The notes beneath the pieces were generated by a model. The model had not been told where the DNA came from. It worked only from the letters and a program-made list of their open reading frames with translations, and did no database searches. The translations under genes and the position numbers were made by a program. This document shows, one piece after another, positions 36,890 to 47,126 of a stretch of 59,577 bases of DNA; the stretch's first letter is position 1, and every line of letters starts with the position of its first letter. The stretch is from an uncultured bacterium (GTDB taxonomy: Bacteria > Hydrothermota > Hydrothermia > B15-G9 > WFZT01), in the NCBI GenBank assembly GCA_964398355.1, contig CAYNMM010000120.1, positions 1 through 59,577 of the forward strand. The letters are read 5' to 3'.

Positions 36890-38976
36890 ACCTTCCTCAA
36901 TTTGTTTGAATCTTCTCTTATTTTTTTAATTCCTACCTGAAACCTGATCTCAACCTTACCATCTGACACACTTAAAACTCTTCCAAATCCAAACAGATTA
37001 TGGTATACATTGTCACCGGCCCTGAATCTCTCGCCCTGTATATGCGATGAAGTATAAACTTCGCTATCACCATTTCTTTCCATCACATCCTCTGGAATTT
37101 CTCTCACAAATCTTGAAACTGAGAGCACGGAGTTTGGCCTGATCGATCTCCTTGAAGCAAAAGAGAGAATCACTTTTTCCTTTGCCCTTGTTAGTGCTAC
37201 ATGAAACAATCTTCTTTCTTCCTCCAATTCATAATCATTACCAAAACTCGATATATGAGGGAAAACAGTTTCCTCAAGTCCAGTAACAAAAACAATCGGG
37301 AACTCAAGTCCTTTTGCATTGTGAACAGTCATCATTGTCACTATGTTATCTTTATTATCCCATTCATCAATATCAGTTAAAAGCGAAATAGACGTAATGT
37401 AATTTTCAATTCCTGGGTCTTCAACATCTTCAACAAACCTTGCTATGGAACCAAGAAGAGCATTTATATTCTCAAGCTTACTTTCTGCCTCAATTGAGTT
37501 TCCACCAAATGTCGATATAATGTAAGAAGGATATTCCATCAAAGATACCATTTTTTTGGCAACATCATAAGCATTATGCTCTCTGGCATACTCCTTCATA
37601 AAAACCATGTTTTCATAAAATTCTCTCATTCTTATTCTTGTGTTTGCCCTTATACCTCCAAAATTTTCAGCAAACTGTAATGTTTCAAACAGGCTGAAAT
37701 TATTTCTTGAAGCAAATTCCCTCAGAAATTCAATGGTTTTCTTGCCAATTCCTCTCGGTGGGACATTTATTATTCTCAGGAGAGAAATCTCGTCCTTTGG
37801 ATTCACAAGAACTTTTAAATACGCGAGTATATCCTTTATTTCTTTCCTTTCATAGAATTTTATGCCACCAACGATTGTGTAAGGAATATTATAATTTCTC
37901 AAAACTTGCTCAAAACTTCTTGACTGAGCGTTGGTGCGGTAAAGAATTACAAAATCTTTATATGGTCTTCCGGAGTTATAGATATATTCAACAACTTTTT
38001 CTGCTTCGTCCATCTCGTCAAATGCTGAGATTAGCGTAATTTTTTCCCCTTCGGGATTTCTGGTCCACAAAGTCTTACCTCTTCTATACCTGTTTTTTGC
38101 AATAACATTTGTGGCAGCTTTCAGGATGTTTTTCGTAGATCTATAATTCTGTTCCAATCTTATTAATTTTGCCTCAGGGAAATCTTTCTCAAAGTCCAGT
38201 ATATTCCTAATATCTGCCCCCCTAAAACCATAAATGGATTGGTCTTCATCTCCAACTGCAAAAATATTCCTGTGTACTGATGCAAGGTGTAACAATAGCC
38301 TGTATTGGGTTCTGTTTGTGTCTTGATATTCGTCTACATGAACATACCTGAACTTTTCCGCATAATAACTTTTAACCTCCGGGTTCTCCTCAAAAAGCTT
38401 GATTGTTAGAAGCAAAAGATCATCGAAATCAAGGGCATTGTTTTCCTTCATCAGTTGCTCATACTTCTTTATCAAGTTCAATTCTTCTGTATCTTCCGGG
38501 ATATAGGAACCATTTTTATAGGCTGAAATATGTGCTACTAATTTTTGTGGCTTTATCTTACCATTGTTTTCAAGGAAATTTTTTATAAGATTCTTTTGAT
38601 CAGTTCTGTCGTAAATAGTAAAATTGGGGCTATATCCGAGTAATTTTGCATGTCTCCTTAAAATCCTTGCACATAAAGAGTGGAATGTGCCGATCCACAT
38701 CTGGGATATGTCTATTCCAATAAGATTCTCAATACGCTCTTTCATTTCTTGAGCAGCTTTGTTTGTAAATGTGGCTGCATAAATTTCGTAGGGATTTACT
38801 CCTAAAACCCCGATGAGGTATGCAATTCTATATGTAAGAACACGAGTTTTACCCGATCCAGCACCGGCTATTACAAGAATTGGCCCATCAACATGCAAAA
38901 CTGCCTCCTTTTGCTCTGGATTCAAGTCTTTTAAAAGTATTTCTGGATCAATCCTTCTTAAGGTAAACATCATCAA
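36886..38976 (-). CDS. pcrA: UvrD/PcrA SF1A DNA helicase
   Basis: AGAGSGKT, DEYQDTN, GDEDQSIYGFRGA, QNYRST, EEERRLFHVALTRAK; C-terminal Tudor-like tail. Confidence 0.93.
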   Translation of the reverse strand: MMMFTLRRIDPEILLKDLNPEQKEAVLHVDGPILVIAGAGSGKTRVLTYRIAYLIGVLGVNPYEIYAATFTNKAAQEMKERIENLIGIDISQMWIGTFHSLCARILRRHAKLLGYSPNFTIYDRTDQKNLIKNFLENNGKIKPQKLVAHISAYKNGSYIPEDTEELNLIKKYEQLMKENNALDFDDLLLLTIKLFEENPEVKSYYAEKFRYVHVDEYQDTNRTQYRLLLHLASVHRNIFAVGDEDQSIYGFRGADIRNILDFEKDFPEAKLIRLEQNYRSTKNILKAATNVIAKNRYRRGKTLWTRNPEGEKITLISAFDEMDEAEKVVEYIYNSGRPYKDFVILYRTNAQSRSFEQVLRNYNIPYTIVGGIKFYERKEIKDILAYLKVLVNPKDEISLLRIINVPPRGIGKKTIEFLREFASRNNFSLFETLQFAENFGGIRANTRIRMREFYENMVFMKEYAREHNAYDVAKKMVSLMEYPSYIISTFGGNSIEAESKLENINALLGSIARFVEDVEDPGIENYITSISLLTDIDEWDNKDNIVTMMTVHNAKGLEFPIVFVTGLEETVFPHISSFGNDYELEEERRLFHVALTRAKEKVILSFASRRSIRPNSVLSVSRFVREIPEDVMERNGDSEVYTSSHIQGERFRAGDNVYHNLFGFGRVLSVSDGKVEIRFQVGIKKIREDSNKLRKV

Positions 38977-39836
38977 CCTCTAACGACTGATTTAATAAAA
39001 AATTCAGCTGCTTTGTATGAGCTTCTAACAAGTGGACCTGAAGCGACATATCTAAATCCCAGAGCAAGACCAATTTCCTCGAACCTCCTGAATTCGTCTG
39101 GCGAGACAAATCTCTTTACAGGAAAATGTCTTGGTGTGGGTCTCAAATACTGTCCAAGAGTGAAAAAATCGACATCAATTTCTCGAAGATCCCTCATAGC
39201 TTCGATAACCTCTTCTTCTGTTTCTCCGAGTCCAAGCATAATACTGGATTTTGTGTAAATTTCCGGATCAAACTTTTTCGCCTGTTTCAACACCTTCAGA
39301 GATTTATCATAGGAAAATCTTTTGTCCCTCACAATGGGAGTTAATCTCCTCACTGTTTCAATGTTGTGCCCAAGCACATCAGGCCCTGCTTCAACCACAA
39401 CTCTCAATCCATCGTCTACATAGTCTGGAATTAAAACTTCGATTATAGCATCTGGTGCAGACTTCCTAATCTCTCTTATAGTTCTTGCGAAATGATTTGC
39501 TCCTCCATCCTCAAGATCATCTCGATTGACTGAGGTAAGTACAACGTAATCAAGCTCCATTTCCCTTACAGCCATTGCAACTCTTTGTGGCTCATCCTCC
39601 TCCAGAAATCCATGAGGATTACCTGTTCTTGTCGCACAGAATTTACAAGATCTTGTGCATGTATCACCAAGAATCATGAAAGTAGCAGTACCACTTCCCC
39701 AACATTCGCCGATATTGGGACATCTTGCCTCTTCACAAACCGTATGTAAATGGTAGTGTCTGATAATTGACTTTACATCCGAAAACTCGCCACTTCCAGG
39801 CAATTTGACCTTTAACCATTCAGGCTTCCTTTCCAT
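38973..39836 (-). CDS. lipA: Lipoyl synthase
   Basis: CEEARCPNIGECW, CTRSCKFC, RSSY. Confidence 0.96.
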   Translation of the reverse strand: MERKPEWLKVKLPGSGEFSDVKSIIRHYHLHTVCEEARCPNIGECWGSGTATFMILGDTCTRSCKFCATRTGNPHGFLEEDEPQRVAMAVREMELDYVVLTSVNRDDLEDGGANHFARTIREIRKSAPDAIIEVLIPDYVDDGLRVVVEAGPDVLGHNIETVRRLTPIVRDKRFSYDKSLKVLKQAKKFDPEIYTKSSIMLGLGETEEEVIEAMRDLREIDVDFFTLGQYLRPTPRHFPVKRFVSPDEFRRFEEIGLALGFRYVASGPLVRSSYKAAEFFIKSVVRG

Positions 39837-39910
39837 TTTTACACTCCTATAATTATGATAAGTCGAATACTTTGCTCGATAAAGTATGGAGTTAAAAACT
39901 GTCTAATCGA

Positions 39911-40558
39911 CTACAAAACACGAAGTGGATTGGTCTCCCAGTTCGAAATAAGAATTTCAGTCAGTTCCTTCTTAATTTTATCAAAATTTACCTTACTACC
40001 GAGTAATTGTCTCATGGAAGCTGTTCCCTTACCTCTAATGCCGCAAGGAATGATTAAATCGAAAAATCTCAAATCTGTATTTACATTCAAAGCAAATCCA
40101 TGGTAAGTAACGCTATCGCTTAGTGCAAGTCCTATAGCAGCTATTTTTTTGTTACCAACCCATACTCCGATTTCTCTGTCATTTTTACTTGCCTCAATAC
40201 CATACCGAGCAAGCAATTCGATAATCGAGTCTTCCAAATAATAAACAAACCTTCTAAGTCCGCCGATATGTCCTCTAATTTTAAATATCAGATAACCTAC
40301 AAGTTGACCAGGGCCGTGGTAAGTAACATCACCCCCACGATCTACTGAATAAATCTCCACTCCTTTATTTTTTAGAATTTCTTTTGAAACCTTTATATTA
40401 TCCTCATTTCCATGCTTGCCGAGAGTAATGACATGGGGGTGCTCAACAAGTATCAATGTATCACCAATCAGGTCTTTTTTTCTTTTATCCACAAGTTCAA
40501 GCTGAAATTTCCAAACATCCTTATAACCTGACAATCCAAGATCCAGGACATTTACCAT
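39911..40558 (-). CDS. lipB: Octanoyltransferase
   Basis: EHPHVITLG, RGGDVTYHGPGQLV, KIAAIG, HGFALN, IIPCG. Confidence 0.95.
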   Translation of the reverse strand: MVNVLDLGLSGYKDVWKFQLELVDKRKKDLIGDTLILVEHPHVITLGKHGNEDNIKVSKEILKNKGVEIYSVDRGGDVTYHGPGQLVGYLIFKIRGHIGGLRRFVYYLEDSIIELLARYGIEASKNDREIGVWVGNKKIAAIGLALSDSVTYHGFALNVNTDLRFFDLIIPCGIRGKGTASMRQLLGSKVNFDKIKKELTEILISNWETNPLRVL

Positions 40559-41871
40559 GTCTGTCTGACTCTGTACACGAGTTCCGTCTTGTCATGTGCT
40601 TTTACAGGTACCACAAATTCTACTGTATATGCATCTTTCAACTGAGGAGGATGAGTTGACTGAACAATCTCCCAGAACCCGTAAAAATGGTCAATCACGT
40701 GAACTGTCACATCTTTATCTTTGAAATTATTTATAACCACTTTGATATCTTCTTCCTGCTCTCTCTCCGACAATTTATAACGTTTCAAAATTGTTCTTTT
40801 GGCTTTAATATCGAACGCATCTCCCACGTATAAATTAACCTCACCCTTCACAGGAGTATGAGATATCCTGTCTTCACCGAGAAATTCTTTAGCTCCACTC
40901 GCTCCAACTTTGAAAATTTTGACTTTCCCCTCAGGCAATGCAACCCCAAGACCATGGATTTTTGAATTTTTAAACTTCAGAATTACCTTCACGTTCTCTC
41001 CACGACCATCGAATTGGTAAATCTTCTCAAATTTTACTTTTTTGTCTGAGATAAAATTAATTTGTTTCTTCTCATTATTTTTCAATGTTGTGGGGAAGTC
41101 TATAGAATAAGTGTGATATTCAAACATTTTTCCGGGTGTTACCGGTGGGCCACCAGCTGTTTCAGGGGCACCTGCAATTTTCATAGCTGGACCGTACACC
41201 TGACGCTTACCACCAACTCTATGAATTTTACCAGCCACCAGCATTATCTTTGCATCATTAAAATTTGTACCACTCTGATTGTCGATCGATATCCATGCAC
41301 TAAAGTCAAGACTATCCCCCTTGATAATACCAATGTACTCCGCTGCCCAGTTGAGACCTTCCGTGAGGTAAGATAATTTCATCTGTCTTGTTCCACTATC
41401 CTGTGAAACTGTTTTCAGAACTATTGTTGGTGTAGTTAGCACATCGGATGGCAAATTATCCATGTTAATTTGAACAACATTATCATGCCTGATAATTGTT
41501 GTTCTCTCCTGTTGTTTAAGAATAATCATAGAGGGATCATAGTAAATCAGGGTTCCTGTTAATACAGTACCTCCTTTTAAAATAACATCAATGGTTTTCC
41601 CCTTCAATTTGCCCAACAACTTATCGATTGTAGCGAGATCGTATTCATAGTTTTCTTCCAGAATTTTCGTCCCGGGTATCTCTACCCTCACACTCGTTGG
41701 ATCGATTTTCTGAGCAACGCCCTTTATTTCCAGAATAGATGTATCGGGTAAAACATGAATTGTTCTGGTCTCATTAACAAGACCTATACCCTGATTATAA
41801 ATTGTTAGTCTTACCCCACCAAAAAGTAGAGAAGTGGAAAGAAATAATGGTATATTTAAAAATTTTTTCAT
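40552..41871 (-). CDS. DUF4139-like exported protein (start revised to ATG 41871)
   Basis: Signal-like N-terminus, LTIYNQG, YLTEGLNW, NQSG, GEDRISHTP. Confidence 0.75.
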   Translation of the reverse strand: MKKFLNIPLFLSTSLLFGGVRLTIYNQGIGLVNETRTIHVLPDTSILEIKGVAQKIDPTSVRVEIPGTKILEENYEYDLATIDKLLGKLKGKTIDVILKGGTVLTGTLIYYDPSMIILKQQERTTIIRHDNVVQINMDNLPSDVLTTPTIVLKTVSQDSGTRQMKLSYLTEGLNWAAEYIGIIKGDSLDFSAWISIDNQSGTNFNDAKIMLVAGKIHRVGGKRQVYGPAMKIAGAPETAGGPPVTPGKMFEYHTYSIDFPTTLKNNEKKQINFISDKKVKFEKIYQFDGRGENVKVILKFKNSKIHGLGVALPEGKVKIFKVGASGAKEFLGEDRISHTPVKGEVNLYVGDAFDIKAKRTILKRYKLSEREQEEDIKVVINNFKDKDVTVHVIDHFYGFWEIVQSTHPPQLKDAYTVEFVVPVKAHDKTELVYRVRQTW

Positions 41872-41884
41872 GGTAAACACCTCC

Positions 41885-42481
41885 TTAAAGTTCACGACGA
41901 CCCTGAATAGCCTCTTTCAATGTCAGGGCATCAGAGAAAGAAAGATCTATTCCTGTGGGTAAACCTCTTGCTATCCTTGTAACTTTAACATCAACCCCTT
42001 TTAACTTTTCCTTAATGTATATAGACGTTGTATCTCCCTCAATTGTGGGAGACAGGGCAAGAATAACCTCTTTTATATGCTCTTCTTTAATTCTTTCGAC
42101 AAGGTCTTCTATATAGAGATCATCCGGGCCAATACCATGGAGAGGAGAAATTACCCCCCCGAGGACATGATATTTACCCTCAAAAAAACCAGATTTTTCA
42201 ATTAAGAACACATCCTGTGGTCTTTCTACCACGCATATTACTTCCTGGTTTCTGGTCGGATCCGTACAGATAGGACATGGATCAACATCTGTAATCACGT
42301 GACATACAGAACAAAAAGTAAGCACTTCATTGGCATCTGTTAAAACTTCTATCAGTGAATTGAGCTCATCAGGACGTTTCAGAAGATGAAAAGCTATCCT
42401 CTCTGCGGATCTTTCACCAATTCCAGGTAACTTCTTGAGAGTTTCAATTAGCTTACGAAGGGATAAGGGGACCCACATCAC
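41885..42481 (-). CDS. recR: Recombination protein RecR
   Basis: LPGIGERSA, C4 zinc finger CSVC...CPIC, YHVLGG, toprim motif, ARGLP. Confidence 0.95.
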   Translation of the reverse strand: MMWVPLSLRKLIETLKKLPGIGERSAERIAFHLLKRPDELNSLIEVLTDANEVLTFCSVCHVITDVDPCPICTDPTRNQEVICVVERPQDVFLIEKSGFFEGKYHVLGGVISPLHGIGPDDLYIEDLVERIKEEHIKEVILALSPTIEGDTTSIYIKEKLKGVDVKVTRIARGLPTGIDLSFSDALTLKEAIQGRREL

Positions 42482-42779
42482 CTAAATCTCTCCCAAGATC
42501 ACCAAGCACCTTCTGCATTTCCTCCGAAGCTGCTTCCTGAGCCTTTCTTTTTGCTTCACTCAAGGCAGACAGGAGTAAATCGTGAAGCATTTTCTTGTCA
42601 TTCAACAATTCATCATCAAAATCTATATCGAGCACGTTCTGCTGTGCATCCATCACAACCTTTACCATCCCACCTCCAACCTCAACCTCAATTTTCCTGT
42701 TTTGTAAAGCTTTCTGCAACTCATCCAGCTTACTTTTTAAAGCAAACATATTTTTCAAAGTTTCCGCAAATTTAAACAT
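42453..42779 (-). CDS. ybaB: YbaB/EbfC nucleoid-associated protein
   Basis: GGGMVKV motif and position between dnaX and recR. Confidence 0.9.
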   Translation of the reverse strand: MFKFAETLKNMFALKSKLDELQKALQNRKIEVEVGGGMVKVVMDAQQNVLDIDFDDELLNDKKMLHDLLLSALSEAKRKAQEAASEEMQKVLGDLGRDLGDVGPLIPS

Positions 42780-44421
42780 CCTTTATAACCTCCAGATCAA
42801 ACTTTTGAATCAATTTTTGAACAACAGGGGGGAACTCTCCAATTCTATCGCCCTCTACCTCATTTCTCTCCTCATTGAATTCGGAACTTCTCAAATGTAT
42901 ATTGAGTGAAAATTTTGTCTTAAACCTGTTGTAAAGAAGAAAAAGAATTTTGTTTTCGTGTCTCAAAATCAAGTCTTTTTCAAATTCATCTTCCACTCCG
43001 ATTTTCAGTGTTTTGCCTTCAACTCTCAAATAAGACTTTTCAATCACCATACTTACAAAAGGTATGTGTTTTTTTAGAACATCCATAATTTCGTTTTCTT
43101 CGATTGTAGATCTGGATTCCTGTTTTTCTGCTTCAACATTAACCTTGGGGACAAAATCCTTTTCATGTTTTTCAACAAACAAATCCTTTAGTCTTTCCCT
43201 GATCTTTTCCTCCTCCTGACTTTCTCCTGTCCTCTCGAGGCCGGTTTTTATTTCCGATAGGATCTCTTTTCTTTCTTCATCAGACGGAGGAGTGGAGCTC
43301 TCCTGGGTAGATTCCTTTTCTTCTGAAACGAGAAAAACTCCTGATTTTTCAAGAATTTCATCAACTTTCAAAATTTTATCAATGTAAGATAGTCGGATTA
43401 AGTGATAATCAATACCAACTCGAGGATTTTGAGAGTATCTGGCGACTTCTTCGATATCAAGAGCTATTTTCATTGCAGCTGTAAGCTGACCTGTTGTAAT
43501 TTCATTGGCTATCTGTGAAAATGGATTCTTTTCACCCATAAACTTCGCCCTTACAAGTTCACGGATGGCCTCACTGAAACTCCTTGAAAATTCATGTATG
43601 CTATATCCTTGCTCGAATGCCTCATTAGATATAGAAAGAACGGAACGCGTGTCACCTTTTAAAGCACTCTCTAAAAGTTTAACAAAAAACTCTTCATCAA
43701 TAATACCAAGGACCTGATTTACATCTTCCACTCTGATTCTACCACCTGAAAACACATAAAGCTGTTCCAGAAGTGCAAGGCCATCCCTCAGAGATCCATC
43801 TGCGTATTTTGCGATTCTCGCAAGTGCATTTTCATCCACCTCGATCCCCTCCCTATCTGCTACAATTTGCAGTCTTTCAGCAATCTCTCTAACAGATAAT
43901 GGCCTAAAATCAAATCTCTGAGTACGAGAAATTACTGTCTCTGGAATTTTCCTGGGTTCGGTAGTAGCAAAGATAAAAATTACATGTGGTGGAGGCTCCT
44001 CCAGTGTTTTAAGTAAAGCATTAAACGCCTCTGTCGTCAACATGTGGACCTCGTCTATGATATACACTTTATACCTGGCTCTTGTTGGAGTAAATCTTAT
44101 TTTCTCTCTAAGGTTTCGTATTTCTTCAATTCCCCTGTTAGAAGCTCCGTCAATCTCGATAACATCGAGACTTCTACCTTCGTCAATTTCTTTACAGATT
44201 TCACACTGATTACAGGGATGAGGGGTGACTCCCTTTTCACAATTCAGGCCTTTGGCAAATATCCTTGCCGTTGTAGTCTTTCCAACTCCACGAGGTCCGG
44301 CAAAAAGATAAGCCTGAGAAATACGTCCTGTGCGTAAGGCGTTTTGCAATGTACGTGTCACGTGCGCCTGTCCGGTAACTTCCTCAAACGTTTTCGGTCT
44401 ATACTTTACGGGTAAATTCAT
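42772..44421 (-). CDS. dnaX: DNA polymerase III gamma/tau subunit
   Basis: KYRPKTF, GPRGVGKTT, C4 site, EIDGASN, DEVHML, SRTQ. Confidence 0.96.
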   Translation of the reverse strand: MNLPVKYRPKTFEEVTGQAHVTRTLQNALRTGRISQAYLFAGPRGVGKTTTARIFAKGLNCEKGVTPHPCNQCEICKEIDEGRSLDVIEIDGASNRGIEEIRNLREKIRFTPTRARYKVYIIDEVHMLTTEAFNALLKTLEEPPPHVIFIFATTEPRKIPETVISRTQRFDFRPLSVREIAERLQIVADREGIEVDENALARIAKYADGSLRDGLALLEQLYVFSGGRIRVEDVNQVLGIIDEEFFVKLLESALKGDTRSVLSISNEAFEQGYSIHEFSRSFSEAIRELVRAKFMGEKNPFSQIANEITTGQLTAAMKIALDIEEVARYSQNPRVGIDYHLIRLSYIDKILKVDEILEKSGVFLVSEEKESTQESSTPPSDEERKEILSEIKTGLERTGESQEEEKIRERLKDLFVEKHEKDFVPKVNVEAEKQESRSTIEENEIMDVLKKHIPFVSMVIEKSYLRVEGKTLKIGVEDEFEKDLILRHENKILFLLYNRFKTKFSLNIHLRSSEFNEERNEVEGDRIGEFPPVVQKLIQKFDLEVIKDV

Positions 44422-44428
44422 TTCGGAA

Positions 44429-44457
44429 ATTATATTTCGAGTTCAAATTTTATTCAA
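44429..44457 (-). promoter_or_regulatory. Promoter of dnaX, probably leaderless
   Basis: Minus strand TTGAAT, 17 nt, TATAAT, 7 nt, ATG; no SD. Confidence 0.65.
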
Positions 44458-44726
44458 TCTGACTCGTCTCTGGATTTACTCTCTTGCTTTTTTGCCGGTT
44501 CCTTTTCCTTGTCTTTTCTGCCATTCCCGCCTTCAGAATAATTCTTGTGTTTGTAATCGGTGATATAAAATCCCGACCCTTTAAAGATGAATCCGACACC
44601 AAAAGAGGGCAATTTCTCAAGCTCGCCACCACATTCATCACAATATTTAGGCTCCTCTTCCCCAGGAAGAACAAGAACCTCCGTTACCTTGCCACATTTT
44701 TTACATCTGTACTCAAAAATAGGCAT
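44454..44726 (-). CDS. FmdB-family zinc-ribbon protein
   Basis: MPIFEYRCKKCG...CDECG...FKGSGFYITDY. Confidence 0.9.
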   Translation of the reverse strand: MPIFEYRCKKCGKVTEVLVLPGEEEPKYCDECGGELEKLPSFGVGFIFKGSGFYITDYKHKNYSEGGNGRKDKEKEPAKKQESKSRDESD

Positions 44727-44868
44727 TTCCTTTTCACCTCCTTGTCAACTCTTCATCTGGATAGGGATGAGTTTTATGATACTTTTCTGATATTGAACTA
44801 TCCAGTGTCCTCATCAAAATCTGTTCAATTTCTCAATTTTCGGTTCAAGACCTTATATTTAAAGCCTT

Positions 44869-45810
44869 ATGAAGTTAAAAGTATTCTTCAAACTCATATT
44901 TCTTTTACTGGCTGCGTTAATCATTTATTTCCTTTTTAAAAACATTTACACGAACTGGAATCAATTGAAGGGATATACTGTAAAAATAAACTACTTTTAT
45001 CTCTTGCTTGCGTATTTAACTTTCGTTCTTGCGAATATATTCATGACCGGTATCTGGTACATCCTCCTTAAAAAATTGAAGGCCAGAATTAATCTTCTCT
45101 CATCCATAGCAATATGGTCAGTCTCAACCCTTGGGAAATATATTCCAGGTAAGGGATGGCAATTTGTTGGGATTGTATATATTGCGAAAAAGCTCGGAGT
45201 TAATTATGAGACATCAATCTCTGCCTCATTAATAGGTCAAATCCTTGCTATTGTGGCTGGTTTGATCGTATCTTTTTCAATATTAAAAACTCATATTCCA
45301 CCAGTGTTTGTAACGTTTTTTATAGCCGTTTCTTTACTATTCATCTATCCTGTTTTTCTCAACCGATTATTAAAGTTATTTGGAAAGGTATCCGGTAAAA
45401 AAATAATGAGAATTTCTCTAACGACAAAGGACACTGTTCTGGTTACTCTTCTTTACTTTATTGGGTGGCTTGTTTTTGGAATAGCTTTCAATTTTCTTAC
45501 CCTCTCAATTTTGCCAGGTAGTGGATTTGATATTGTAAAATATGCCAAGATCTTCGTATCGTCCTATTTACTTGGACTGTTCGCCATCTTTGTTCCCGGT
45601 GGCCTGGGGATTAGAGAAGGTGTAATGGCTTTTCTGCTGGGGAAAAATATCCCATCTTATCTTGCATCTTTCATATCAATTTACGCCAGACTTGTTGTAA
45701 CCCTTGCCGAATTATCCCTAACCGCTTTTGGAATCGTTTATCTCAAAAAAATCGGCGTCTCTGTTATAAGAAGGTCAAAAGTCCCTGATGACAGCGACAG
45801 GGGCGTGTGA
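44869..45810 (+). CDS. UPF0104/lysylphosphatidylglycerol-synthase TM-domain (flippase-like) protein
   Basis: GKYIPG, VPGGLGIREG; multi-TM. Confidence 0.8.
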   Translation: MKLKVFFKLIFLLLAALIIYFLFKNIYTNWNQLKGYTVKINYFYLLLAYLTFVLANIFMTGIWYILLKKLKARINLLSSIAIWSVSTLGKYIPGKGWQFVGIVYIAKKLGVNYETSISASLIGQILAIVAGLIVSFSILKTHIPPVFVTFFIAVSLLFIYPVFLNRLLKLFGKVSGKKIMRISLTTKDTVLVTLLYFIGWLVFGIAFNFLTLSILPGSGFDIVKYAKIFVSSYLLGLFAIFVPGGLGIREGVMAFLLGKNIPSYLASFISIYARLVVTLAELSLTAFGIVYLKKIGVSVIRRSKVPDDSDRGV

Positions 45811-46674
45811 AAACTCTACTACCTGCTCTGTTACATTCCCAACAAGTAACTTTTCAGACTTGGACTTTCCTTTAATACCAAGAGCAACCATATCAAATTT
45901 GTCTTTTGAAAGCTCAACAATAACTTCAGGGGGTGTCCCTTCAATCACCTCTGTTTTAACCGACTTTATTCCAAGCTCCTTAACCAGAGATTTCAATTTC
46001 ATACCAGTTTCTTGTTCAAGGACAGAAACGAATTCCTTGTAATTAAGCCCAATCTCTTCCAGTAATTCTCTTTGAACTCTTGGAGGGTGAATAACATTAA
46101 TAGCGTGTATTCTTGCATCGTTTCTACTGGCAAGCTCGGCTGCAAATTTCAACGCACTGATAGAGTATTCCGAAAAATCCACAGGTACAAGAATCCTCTT
46201 TATATCAATTTTGTCGATTCTTGGCAAAACTTCCCCATCCACGAATATCATATTCCTGTTTAATTTTCTTAAAGCTTTGTGAGTGACACCGGGAGACAGG
46301 AATCGAATATTTTTTCGTCTGATATGGTTGGGCAAGACGACAAGACCATTGTTCGAGTGGGCATAATTAATGAATTCATCGAGTGGGTGTCCCATAGCGA
46401 GTTTCTTTCTGATCTTCACACTTTTGAAGACCTTTTGCATCTCATTGATATAATCATCCATAACAAGACGGGCATGCGCGATGGCTCGTTCATAAGCTAC
46501 CTCTATCGATTTTCCGAATCCGCCTACTTCAAAATAATCATAACCTGTGTGCAATACGTGCATAAGAGTTACCTCAGCTCCGAGAATCTCTGCAATTCTT
46601 GTTGCATACCCGATAATTTTAATCTCGTACTCGTTAAAATCCACGTACACTATAACATTTTTAATCTCGCTCAT
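45775..46674 (-). CDS. Universal stress protein with two Usp domains
   Basis: ILVPVDFSEYS, GxP motifs, LVGNVTEQV...APVAV. Confidence 0.88.
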   Translation of the reverse strand: MSEIKNVIVYVDFNEYEIKIIGYATRIAEILGAEVTLMHVLHTGYDYFEVGGFGKSIEVAYERAIAHARLVMDDYINEMQKVFKSVKIRKKLAMGHPLDEFINYAHSNNGLVVLPNHIRRKNIRFLSPGVTHKALRKLNRNMIFVDGEVLPRIDKIDIKRILVPVDFSEYSISALKFAAELASRNDARIHAINVIHPPRVQRELLEEIGLNYKEFVSVLEQETGMKLKSLVKELGIKSVKTEVIEGTPPEVIVELSKDKFDMVALGIKGKSKSEKLLVGNVTEQVVEFSHAPVAVIRDF

Positions 46675-46684
46675 ATTAACCTCC

Positions 46685-47122
46685 TTAAACTTCTATTATA
46701 AAAGTTACTGGACCATCATTGACCAGGGCAACATGCATGTGAGCTCCAAACTGGCCAGATGACACATCAACCCCCATCTCCCAGATTGTTTTTACAAATT
46801 GTGTGAACATGTGCATGGCTCTTTCTGGCGGCATTGCATTATCAAAAGATGGTCTCCTACCTTTTTTTACATGAGACGCAACCGTAAAATTCGGCACTAC
46901 CAGCACATCATAGTGTTTATCAAGTACAGAGTAATTCATTTTCCCCTGTTCATCTTCAAAAATTCTCAGATTCAAACACTTATCAACCATCTTTACAAGT
47001 TCTCTTGGCGTATCTTTCTTCTCGATACCGAGGAGGATAACTATCCCTTTTTTTATTGATGAGATCTTCTTACCGTCCACCCAAACACTTGCTTCTTTAA
47101 CTCTCTGGACAACGGCTCTCAT
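46685..47122 (-). CDS. dtd: D-aminoacyl-tRNA deacylase
   Basis: MRAVVQRV, KGRRPSF, NDGPVT. Confidence 0.95.
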   Translation of the reverse strand: MRAVVQRVKEASVWVDGKKISSIKKGIVILLGIEKKDTPRELVKMVDKCLNLRIFEDEQGKMNYSVLDKHYDVLVVPNFTVASHVKKGRRPSFDNAMPPERAMHMFTQFVKTIWEMGVDVSSGQFGAHMHVALVNDGPVTFIIEV

Positions 47123-47126
47123 AAAT

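Noticed and set aside
43060-43080. A7 run in dnaX as a gamma/tau frameshift site
   Set aside because: Far from the expected gamma boundary, and no stimulatory structure was recognised.
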